The notes under the pieces are model-generated. The model was not told the DNA's origin. It did not search any database and saw nothing but the letters and a program-made list of their open reading frames with translations. Positions 1-9,679 of a DNA stretch of 31,553 bases are shown here, piece after piece. The first letter of the stretch is position 1; each line of letters begins with the position of its first letter. The translations under genes were made by a program, and so were the position numbers. The stretch comes from Neophaeotheca triangularis (lineage: Eukaryota): positions 62,001 to 93,553 of the forward strand of contig BAAIJX010000068.1 in NCBI GenBank assembly GCA_054600435.1, given 5' to 3'.

Positions 1-1223
1 CATAATCGACACAGAGCTGTGTTTTGCCGATTCCTCCAATGCCATGAACAACGAAAATTCTTCGCTGCTCACGAGCACGAGGGGACTGAAAGAACTCCTC
101 GAGCGGCCTCATGTCTTCATCGCGCGGCACAAAATTGTCAATTGCAGGAACTCCCTTCAGGCTGAAAGGCACATCGTAATCTGGCATTTGTTAGATACGC
201 GGACCATTAATTGCAAATAGATAACCAAGATGACGTTAAAACAAACTACTTACTATTCCCTGCCAGTTGCATCTCTTCGACACCATGTGGATCAAGCTCG
301 CCTAGAAGCTCTTTGGCGTAGCATGCAGCTGTCATGGCCGCGTAACGCTGCCACCGCTTGTTCTTGTGCGAGTCGGCGTAATCACAGACCCCTCGAATGA
401 CGATACAAGGAAAAGAGTCCATCAAGCCAGCCGCCTCCATCTCGAAGCACAATATTCCTTCTTTCCGTGCGATGCGATCTCTCGTGGGAGCGTCCTTCAC
501 AACTCCGTCGCCCGAAGCTATGTTGCCGTAATGAATCCTAGGCTTGTCGTTTTTTCGGCCTGGGGAACGCTTAACGAGCCGTGAGCGATCGCATTGCTGG
601 CATGTGCCGCCTTCGGGGTGACTGTAGCTCGCCTCAAACAGCTCGTCGTTCTCCAGTCCCTGGTAGTCGTAGTTCTGTTCGACTAACGGTGGATGTTTGG
701 TGAAAGCATCTTGCAGGTATTGGCCGACGTTACTGACTCTCAAGTCGTGCTCTGACTTTAGACTCTGCACCGCGTTCAGCAGCGCACGAGGTGGTTTGTT
801 GAGCGTCCCCGTTTTCCTGAATTCCCCATTCTTCTCCATCTTGCCAAAATCCCACTGTACCACGCCGCCATGATCACCTTCCGGCTGGCTCACCACAACA
901 TCGCCCAGCCTGATGTCTCTCTGTTCGCTCCATACTCCACCGCAGATACCGACCATGAAGCCAGCCTTGATGGGAAAACTGCGCATCATGTCTTTGGCGA
1001 CAGCGGTTGCCGAAACTTTCCCCATAACACCAGCCGGGAGGGATGCAACCACGACATTGTGCTCGCCGATTCTACCAAATGCGTAGACGTTATCGTCGCC
1101 TCTCGGCTTGCGCGGTCTTGCATGGCGAGCGTCCAAGACGGCTACCACTGCTGTTCTTTCAATGTCGAGCGCACAGATAATCCCAACGTTATAGGATTCG
1201 AGGGGATGAGTGGTGCTAGACAT
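1..1223 (-). CDS. Fungal NLR-like protein: N-terminal PNP_UDP_1 (Pfs/MTA-SAH nucleosidase-like) effector domain followed by NB-ARC; 3' part runs off the left edge
   Basis: Exon 1 (1223-254) has the typical fungal PNP motifs YNVGIICAL..E, DDNVYAFGRIGEHNVVVASLP, MVGICGGV, DIRLGDVVVS, LCFEMEAAGLM and VIRGVCDYADSHKNKRWQRYAA. Intron 253-181 reads GTAAGT...CTAAC...CAG. Exon 2 (180-1) continues in frame as NYDVPFSLKGVPAIDNFVPRDEDMRPLEEFFQSPRAREQRRIFVVHGIGGIGKTQLCVDY, containing an NB-ARC-type P-loop GIGGIGKT (43-20). Confidence 0.9.
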
Positions 1224-3075
1224 CGTTCCGTCTCATCTTCTGTTGTCATCAAAGAAGCTGGAAAAAAGAGATGAAAAAGCGATGGAGAGCCCGTGGGCGC
1301 GTTAAGGTCTCTCGCCTCCCAGATCACGCATGTCAGCTCTCAAGCGTAAGCCTCAGCTGAGGGGAGCTTTGCATTATGCCCAAAGGCTTGCAGTCGAAGC
1401 AGTAATTGGTTTCCAAGGCGCCTAGGCAACGCCACGCAGGATGCGCTCATGAGAACTTGCAACAGCTGGGTCGCAGCGCTTATCAAGATCAAGTTGCCTT
1501 CCTTGGCATGGGTTCGCATCGCCCTTCGAAGATGGCGGCCCCGATCACGTCCTATCGATGCCTAGAGCCGCCTGTGGATCCAAAGTCGTGACCACAGTGA
1601 AGAGAGAACCTTTGAGCATCCTTTTCTTTGAAGTGCTGTGAAGTCGATGTATCGTAGCTGGCTCGGTTCTAGCCCTGGGCGAGTTTTGCCAGCCACCATG
1701 CGGGGTGCTGCGAGGGTGTGTTGGCACTGGCTGGTTGATGCATATCGTTGCACAGCTCGCCATCAACGCCACATTACAGGACACACCATCTGGGCATCCA
1801 CGTGGAAAAGCGAATCCTCAGCCTGGTGGCCTGGTGCCCGTGTGCCTCGAGGCAAGGCTGGAAAGTAGCGCCGTCTTCTGCCGCCCACCTAGCCAGCTGT
1901 CCTGGTGGCCGACACTGGCAAGACGACGACCGGCTTGTGCACCCCATAATGGAGTGTTTCCTGACATATGGTATTTGAGGACTAGAAGAAGGGAGCACCG
2001 AGTGTCGAGCTTGATAAGTACCAGGAAGTGCAAATAGACTTTCGCCAAGCCAGTAACGTGACCCCAGACAAAATTCAACCTTCACCTCAGGAGCACCCGA
2101 ATCTTTGTCAGACGCATCAGGGCTACAAGTCTGAATTAGCAATTGGAGGAGTCCCTGGCTCTGCTAGCAAAGATGCTCAGAGGACTCGTCACCTCCGACT
2201 GAAGGCTATGAAGTACATCGCAACCTCCTAACCCATTAGCATGAGGTTTTGCAGCCGCTGCAAAAGCACCGGGAGTGCTACAGTACTCTCAAGGCATTCA
2301 TTCCCACTATAGCGAGCCTAGTCACCCCGGCGCTGCAACTCAAAGCAACCTCCCGCGCGCCTGAACCCTGGGCACCAACCCAGTCTACAATTTCACCTCT
2401 CAGACAGCCAGCATGTAATCGTTGGCTTTGGGATTCGCGCCGGGAGAGGTCACAGAGTGATCGTGGAGACTTTTGAGACTGATCTATCCATCGGTGGGCT
2501 GAGTTTGGAGCACAATAAGTGTTCCTGGCGCTGTAGCCGGAAGGTAATCAACGTGCTTTGGATGTTCGAGGTGAAGGAGGGAATGTGGTGGAGTAGATCA
2601 AGTCAGCGGCGTAGTACTTGAGATGTAGGTTAGTGGCGCCGAGATTGGCATACTGGCATGGTCGATAGGTACACCTGTCTGGGATCACTAGCTGGCATCG
2701 TATGATAAGTTTGTTGAGTTTGCCTTCCTGGCGCTATGAGTAGAGTCACAACAGTAGCTCGTATGCTCTAGCAGCCAGATAGACATAAAGCAACACACCC
2801 TGACCTACCAACCTAAGAGTAAAGAGGGACTACATCAGAACCGAGAGCACCAACGGAAAAATCACAGAAGGACATCAAGAGCAGAGAGAAGAGAAGACAC
2901 AATGCTACATAGCATGTACACACGGCCCGTCTCAGCCGAGAACAGGCCCCACCAGCGCCATCGCTAAGCATCGAGTGCCATTACGGCACGCAACAAAACG
3001 AACCCACAACCGACAGGAAAACCCCCACCCACCACACAGCACCACAAAACACCGCCGAGGAGAGCACAAAAGCGC

Positions 3076-6000
3076 TCAAGATCCCACAGCCCCAGCCCCG
3101 GACAGCGAAATCACCATCCCGCCACCGGCACCCGCAACCTTCTTCCACCCCGGCACGAAGTCGGTGTGGTTCACCAACTCGCCCGCGACCTGGTAGATGG
3201 GCGGGAAGCCCACCTGCACCACCTTGACGCCCGCGGGCAAGCCCTTGCTGGCGCCGCGGATCGCCAGCTTGTGGTGCTTTTCGCTCACGAAGCCGTGGAT
3301 CAGGCTCTGGCCCACGAGGGAAGTGAGCCCGGAAACAACGAACGCGACGTCGTTGTTGAAGTTTTTGAAGATGGCGTGCATTTGCTCCGCGGACAGGCCT
3401 TCGTAGTCCGGGGCGACCGGGCGCGGGTTGCCCTTGCCGTCGTCGGAGAGGTGGACGGCGCTGTTGGGGCCGAGGATGGGGGTGAGGTGGCGGAAGTGGA
3501 GGGTTGGGGCGGCGTTGGGGGTGGCACCGGGAGTAAGGGAGGGGAGGACGCCGTGGGTTTTGAAGGCGTTGCGGACGAGGGTGCGGCGGAGGAGGACCTC
3601 GCAGACGTTGAGGAGTTGCATGTAGATGCGGTAGTGGGCGAAGAAGGGGTAGTTGGGGCTGTTGTTGGAGAGGGCCTGGCGGTAGGCGCGGACGTCGCCG
3701 CTGCGGAGAGCGTTGCAGAGGGGAAGGAAGCGAGGGGCCAGGTCCACGGCTTCTGGGCGCTGGAAGAGGGCCGCTGATGGGAAGCGTCCATTGAGTATGT
3801 TGGAGGCGATGAGGAAGATGAGGATGAGACGACGCTGTTTGATGCAGGCGTCGATGGCCGGGGACTCGTCGTAGGCAGCTTGTAGAGCGAGGTGGGCGCG
3901 CCAGAAGTGCCCGTAGTGGAAGTGGAAGCGGCCAAGGTAGTAGAGGTAGGTGACGCGGTCGCGCCTGGAGTAGGCTCCCAATGGTGGCGACTGCTGGAAG
4001 ATGTTCTCGAGGAAGAAAGCAGCAGACTGCAGGTTCTGGCACTGGAAGAGGATCTTGAACATGACGTTGGCGAACTTGTAGATGCCTGCTTTCTTGCCGG
4101 TGGGGACGTTATTTTCATCGAGACCACCAAGACGGTCTTGGCAGCAGGCGGTCAGCGCCGTACGGATGGTGTTGACACACTGCTCCGGCAGGCTGACGCG
4201 CTCTGGGTCGTCCTCACCACCACCGCCGAGTTTGAGATGCTGAGTAAGGTCGGGCCGCTTGTCGAGTCGAATGGCGAGCCAAGCAAGAAGCTGGGCGCAG
4301 GTGACGGTAAGGTCAAGCATGAGATGTCCGAGCGTGGGATGTCCCAAAGCCGTATTCGCTTTTTGCTGTAGCTGGGTCATGAGCTCGTAGGCTGCGATGT
4401 ACTTGCTCTCATCGAGAGTGACGTCCTTGAGGTATTCAAAGTACTGCACTAGGAAACGGGTGAACTGCCTGAAGGCGCCATGGTCGGAGGTTTCTTCAGT
4501 GGCCGGGAGCAGGCTCTGGATTTTGGCCTCGAGCTCGCCGGCAAGGTTCGCGTCGTAGACCTGCTGAAGCTGCTGTCGCATTTGTAAGTAGGGTCCCGAC
4601 ATGTTTTGTGGATACAAGGTCATGAAGTCGGCCAGTTTGGTCCCGTCTCTTGCCTTGATGATGTTGTTGATCTCGGATGCAAATTGCTCAACGGTGGGCA
4701 TTGGTGGGAGCGCCGCGCCCGCTGCGGTGTTGAAGTTGGTACCGTTCATGGTTGCGGCGTGCTTGGAGAAAGTTGACGGAAGCGTGTTCGTGGTGAGTGC
4801 GGTAGCAGAGGGAAGAGTGTTTGAGGTAGTAGAGGTTGAGGAAGTATAGGTTGAAGGTGAGGTCGTATTGTTGACGTGAAGTTTCGCGTCTTGCTCCCCG
4901 CGAATTCGCACTCGCTCCTTTTGCTCAAGCAAAGCTCGGACCAGTATGTCCCGCAATTGGTATTGCACGTCAAATGCGCGGAGTCCTATGAAATGCTGCA
5001 ACTTCTGGCGCACCGATCGCGCTTCAACCAACGATACAAGATCCTGCTCAGGCAACACCGGCTCGCAGAATGGGTTTACACCGGCTAGGAACTCATGTAC
5101 AAAGTCTAGATCAACGACCCTGAAATACTCCGGATGACTAGCGGCCGGAAGGTCAGGTTCCTGACTATGTCTGAGGCTCCTAAAAGATGCAGAGCCAAAA
5201 GGTGGGTGATAATTGGGGGAAGAATCAGATTCCTGAGTATGTCTGCGGCTTCCAAACGGTGCAGCACCAAGAGGTGGGTGATAATCGGGGGAAGGACCAG
5301 GTTCCCGAGTAGATCTGAGGCTCCCAAAGGGCGCAGCACCAAGAGGAAAGTGACAAGCGGGTGGAAGTTCAGGAGGTCGTACAGGTGAAGCGTCGGGTAT
5401 GACAATCGACTGATCGCGAGGCTGCTCTGTTGGAGGAAAAGAACGAGATCGAACTACCTCTTCAGGACTCCGTGTCGATTGTTGCCAATTGAAGAAAGTC
5501 GAAAGTGGCCAGAGTCGTTTTGGTGATAGGAGTCGGGCGATGGGTGAAGCGTCGGGGAGAGTGATTGATGTATTCCTCGGGATCTCTGGAGCCGGAAAAG
5601 CTGGTGATGGAACCGGATCACGATCGAGATCAGGATACCCAGGCGATTGATTCACAGACAAAGTATCTGGCAATACGATATCCCCGTCGTTGATCCTCGA
5701 GAGTCCAGACACAAGTTCTGGTCCTCTATCTTGCAATCTCGGCCTAGCGGGAATCACTTGTCCAACCTTTCCATCGACTACACCAGGCCACGACCCAGTC
5801 CCCTCAACATCCCCCGGCCACTTGCTCCCGTGCTCGCGCTCCCACCGCTTCCTCCTCCTCTGTACCCTCTGATGGTCCGCCTCTTCAGCCGATGTAGCAA
5901 GCTGCTCCGGCGTAAGATTCTGAACTTTTTTCCACGTCGGCCAGTAGTCTCTCCACCAGCTTGAGAACGGTGAAAGAGGGGTCTCGAGGGGTGCGGGAGT

Positions 6001-6240
6001 AGGAGGAACGGCAAATTTAGAGATATGGCTCTGTGCAGCATTGGAAGACGTGAAGTTGATCGATTCACTCATCCGAGCTGTCTCCGGATGCTTGGCGCGA
6101 CTCGCTTCGCGGGGAACATGTCTTCGCGGCGTCTGTTGTCCTTGTCCCTGATCATCTTGATCAAGGACTCGAGACTTCTCGTCCTTTTCTTCCCTGAACG
6201 TTATTCGATCCCAGAATGAACGTGGTCTGTCGGGCGGCAT
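3076..6240 (-). CDS. PCI-domain protein of the Thp1/PCID2/Csn12 family (TREX-2-like subunit); the conserved part starts near ATG 4749, preceded by a ~497-aa open N-terminal extension
   Basis: Uninterrupted 1054-aa ORF. The C-terminal ~557 aa carries family motifs GKKAGIYKFANVMFKILF, SPPLGAYSRRDRVTYLYYLGRFHF, RRLILIFLIASNILNGRFPS and LCNALRSGD. The true start (6240 or 4749) cannot be settled from sequence alone. Confidence 0.8.
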   Translation of the reverse strand: MPPDRPRSFWDRITFREEKDEKSRVLDQDDQGQGQQTPRRHVPREASRAKHPETARMSESINFTSSNAAQSHISKFAVPPTPAPLETPLSPFSSWWRDYWPTWKKVQNLTPEQLATSAEEADHQRVQRRRKRWEREHGSKWPGDVEGTGSWPGVVDGKVGQVIPARPRLQDRGPELVSGLSRINDGDIVLPDTLSVNQSPGYPDLDRDPVPSPAFPAPEIPRNTSITLPDASPIARLLSPKRLWPLSTFFNWQQSTRSPEEVVRSRSFPPTEQPRDQSIVIPDASPVRPPELPPACHFPLGAAPFGSLRSTREPGPSPDYHPPLGAAPFGSRRHTQESDSSPNYHPPFGSASFRSLRHSQEPDLPAASHPEYFRVVDLDFVHEFLAGVNPFCEPVLPEQDLVSLVEARSVRQKLQHFIGLRAFDVQYQLRDILVRALLEQKERVRIRGEQDAKLHVNNTTSPSTYTSSTSTTSNTLPSATALTTNTLPSTFSKHAATMNGTNFNTAAGAALPPMPTVEQFASEINNIIKARDGTKLADFMTLYPQNMSGPYLQMRQQLQQVYDANLAGELEAKIQSLLPATEETSDHGAFRQFTRFLVQYFEYLKDVTLDESKYIAAYELMTQLQQKANTALGHPTLGHLMLDLTVTCAQLLAWLAIRLDKRPDLTQHLKLGGGGEDDPERVSLPEQCVNTIRTALTACCQDRLGGLDENNVPTGKKAGIYKFANVMFKILFQCQNLQSAAFFLENIFQQSPPLGAYSRRDRVTYLYYLGRFHFHYGHFWRAHLALQAAYDESPAIDACIKQRRLILIFLIASNILNGRFPSAALFQRPEAVDLAPRFLPLCNALRSGDVRAYRQALSNNSPNYPFFAHYRIYMQLLNVCEVLLRRTLVRNAFKTHGVLPSLTPGATPNAAPTLHFRHLTPILGPNSAVHLSDDGKGNPRPVAPDYEGLSAEQMHAIFKNFNNDVAFVVSGLTSLVGQSLIHGFVSEKHHKLAIRGASKGLPAGVKVVQVGFPPIYQVAGELVNHTDFVPGWKKVAGAGGGMVISLSGAGAVGS
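5137..5352 (-). repeat. Three tandem 72-nt (24-aa) coding repeats in the N-terminal extension of the PCI gene
   Basis: HFPLGAAPFGSLRSTREPGPSPDY / HPPLGAAPFGSRRHTQESDSSPNY / HPPFGSASFRSLRHSQEPDLPAAS. The DNA word ggtgggtgataat recurs at 5201 and 5273, 72 nt apart. Confidence 0.9.
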
Positions 6241-6816
6241 TTTTGACCATTCTCCTCGCCGGGAGTGATGGGGAAGATGTTCAGAACTACCTCCTCACGA
6301 CACTGGCCCCACGAACAAGGGCAAAACAACATTCCTCGTCCTACCCAACACACCGGGAAAGATGTCTCAGAGTTCACAGGGCTTGCTGCATCATTTTGCA
6401 CAGGTCGTGTCTTGCGTTATCTCAGCTACGTAGACTTCGCGATCTTACAGGTAGGGTAGAGCGTGCGCCTCGGTCGCATGTAGTGATACTGCAACTTTTC
6501 CTCTCTGATCAACTAATAGAGAAGGGAAGAGACACACTTGCCCAACCCGGCGCTCTTATGGAAGGGTCAAGGTTGCTTTTTAACACGGAAGCGTGGACGG
6601 CTGATGGTCTTGAGGCAGCATATACCTGTAGTTCCCCTAGAGAGTCGTGATCTCGCTGCTGCCACCTCTTGGGACAGAGGGTCGTGGGCAGTCCAATGCG
6701 TTGTAGAAGAAAAATCCAGAACAGCAATGTCCGACCCCTTCCAACAACCTGAGGCAGAAGCAAAATATCAACAATCAATACTACCGAGTACAACGAGCCC
6801 AACCCACAAATACAAA

Positions 6817-8659
6817 CTACGTCCCACTAGGCACATGAACCCCATGAAATCCCAACCCGACCGCTCTTCCCACAAGCGCCCTGCTCACCTCACTCATAGT
6901 CCTAGCATCCAAGCAAAGCAAATAACTCGACCCCAAACTCCCATCCAGCACCACACTCAAAACAACCCCCTCGTCCTCCTGCAGCGCCCCGGGAGCGGGG
7001 ATGAAAATGGGCTCGCCAGGCGTGTGTCCATGGTGTTCCCAGATACTGCACTCACCCGTCTCGGTGTCAGTCTTACCCAGACCGTCTGAGAAAGAAGCGT
7101 AGCCGCGATCCAGGACGGCCCAGACGTAGCGGTGGGGTTTGAGAGCGAAGTTGGGGTTGGTGACGGGAAGGTCGCCGGCGGAGGTGGATGGGATGCGCAT
7201 GCTGAGGTTCGCAAAACCGGGTTCGCCGCGCTGACCGCTGAGAGGGACGCTCTCGAGTTGGTAGCGTGTCAGGCTCAAGTCGGAAGCGTAGCGGGGGTGG
7301 GTTTTGTGGAAGTTCGCAACGTTGGATTCGTTGGAGACGAGATTTTGGTAGTAGAAGCGGTGAAGGATGTCCATGTTTTTGAACTCGGCGAGTTCGCAGG
7401 TAATGTCGACGGTGTTGTCGGTTCGTGGGGTTTCCCAGGCGTTGACGGTGTGGAAGCTGAAGAAGGCTGGGCTGGTAAATTTTTTGACTAGGCCGCGGCC
7501 CTGGCGGCGGTCGATGACGAGCCAGGTTGTGCGGGATTTGGGGTTGAAAGGGGCGAGAGCGGAGAGGAGGTTGCGTTCCCAGAGGATGCTTGCGCCCTGG
7601 GCGGAGAAGTAGGCTGGCCATAGACAAAGCACGACGAAATTCTGGGTGATGAAGAAAGAATGGATGTAAGCTCCGTGAATATCTCGGCCAGCAATTTCGG
7701 CTAGGATTTCAATCTCGCCAGAGGTCGGGCTTGCTTTGAACACACGGTATGTCGGGCGAGCACCAAAGTCGAGGTTGTAGTTGAATATGTCGCCAGTTTC
7801 GGGGTCTCGCGCGGCGTGGGCAGCCGATAGAGGTCCCTTCAAGGCAGGATGCAAGTGTGCCTGCTTCGTCACACCTAGAGGCTCCAAAGTATCCGCGTCG
7901 AATTGCTTAGTTATATGGTGGTCTGAGGTCACCGTCATCAATCGCCGCGGACTGCCCTCGGTCCTATTTGTGTCTCCTTCCGCTCGCCGAGTCTCGGCTG
8001 GCAAGATATCGCGAAATGCCACACCGACGTTTGCGGTGTGAGGCCTTCCAGGGAGTGTGGGCGTGAAAACAGTCTTGAGCTTCTGGTAAAAAGTGTCGCA
8101 GGGATCGCGCTTTTGGCCGAATGTTATCCCGTCGAGACGACCAGTCTTGCGTGCTTTCTCAATCAGCTCGTCGACTTGGCAGTAGGACGAGTACTTGATA
8201 GTCTGACAGCCAGAGTCGTCATCGCCACTACTCGGTACCAGGTCGAACTTGTGCATAGTGGTGAAGCCGTCGAACCAGTGGCTACAGGCCAGCGTACCGT
8301 CGTCGGGGTTCTGTCTTGATACTTTGTAGCCTCCAGGTCCGGTCCTATACAACGACCCTGCCACGTAGCTGGGGAAGTGTCCGATCACCTCGAGCTCGCA
8401 TGGCGTTCTAACATCGCCTAAAGCATTGAACTATTACGGGCAACGGCGTCAGCTGAGACTGCGCCTAAGACCTTGGCACAGAGCTCCATACCGCTGCTGC
8501 ATTCGGCCAGTCCTTGTAGTGTTTCTCCTCAATTGGTGCGGCCCCAGATTCTGGCTTCACGGTGTTAGGAAAACCGTTCTCAGCGTGATGGTACTGACTG
8601 AGTATACATACGACGATAGGGTCGGATGGTCGACTGGTCAGATCAGCAGCTTGCTTCAT
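6817..8659 (-). CDS. Carotenoid cleavage oxygenase (RPE65 family), probably CAO-2/CarT-like torulene oxygenase
   Basis: Proposed exons 8659-8612, 8554-8492 and 8430-6817. Intron 8491-8431 (GTATGG..GCTGAC..TAG) restores DWPNAAA-FNALGDVRTPCELEVIGHFPSYVAGSLYRTGPG. Other motifs: HWFDG, four putative Fe(II)-binding His (SAAH, YIHSF, FSFHTVN, LGFHG) and GEPIFIPAPGALQEDEGVVLSVV. Intron 8611-8555 is probable but in-frame. Confidence 0.9.
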
Positions 8660-9575
8660 GTCGATAGGTATCAGTATATGGCTTCTTTGCAAGAAAACGA
8701 ATCTTTGCCAGCTGAGACAGAGCGAGGAAGGTCGAGGTACTTAAACCTCTCCTCAGCCTCTGCCATGACATGCGAAGGAGGTAGGAACATGCTTCGAAAG
8801 ACGCAGACTGTCTACCGGACGGTCATGATGAGGCACTTCTGTCTCGCAATAAATACCACTTTCGAACATGTTTCTGCACGCAGCCGAAGCCAGTACAAGC
8901 GAATGCAGATCGTCCACGCTCATGGAAAGTTGAGGGGAACAGGATGAAGGTTCGTCGCAGCGGCTGGGGGGAACTTACGGTGCACCTGCAGTGCTGATTG
9001 GCTTTCGCATTGCATGCCCAAAGAGGCTAGCGGTTCGCCAAACTTCACTCCAAAGTCAACATCTACGGATGAGGTATCAACTCAATCTCCACCTGTACCT
9101 CTCCTTGCGAAGCGAGGTGCGGGAGGTTCTGATGCAGTTGGCATGCGCGCCTATCAACATTGGAGCTCATTGAAATCATCGACATCATTCATGCGAGGCA
9201 TCGCCCGGCCGTAACTTGAGGGCGAAACAGCGACATCTTTTGCTGCTCTGGAGGAAGGATGCAATGTTCTCTAACTCTGAACCTTTTCGGCACCATCAGT
9301 CTCACTTTAAGCTGGGTGAAACATCTTCTAATCATATGGAGAGCTCGAACCCCAAGTTTGGTGCACATTGAGTAGATATTGGTGGAGATATGACTTTTCC
9401 AGAGTGCTCGAAGGAATAATATAGTCGGATTCATGCGTCCCTAAGCTAGCGTGGTGGCCGTAGCCAATGGAAATGCGAGAATTGAAGCATAGACCCTTTT
9501 GCGGCCTTTGCCCAAGACAGTGAGGTGAAGTCTCATGCGGTGGTACGATACGGCGAGGTAGAGAGGCATGGCAAG

Positions 9576-9593
9576 CAACAACAACAACAACAA
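9576..9593 (+). repeat. (CAA)6 microsatellite just downstream of RAD3
   Basis: caacaacaacaacaacaa, read directly. Confidence 0.9.
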
Positions 9594-9679
9594 TCTTGGG
9601 TATTCGATTACAGCACTACAATGGTACACTTCACTCCAGCCCAATCTACCTTGAACATCCACCACGTGCCCTACCCCGT

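Noticed and set aside
1351..1362. Perfect 12-bp palindrome CCTCAGCTGAGG upstream of the NLR
   Set aside because: Single short occurrence with no assignable function or supporting context.
2981..4371. Long alternative-frame and antisense ORFs (353, 276, 203 and 159 aa) over the PCI gene
   Set aside because: Low-complexity shadows produced by biased third positions; no recognisable domains.
8991..9220. LSLRSEVREVLMQLAC, reminiscent of an F-box-like start motif
   Set aside because: Lacks the conserved LP, the ORF is short, and no coherent gene model follows.
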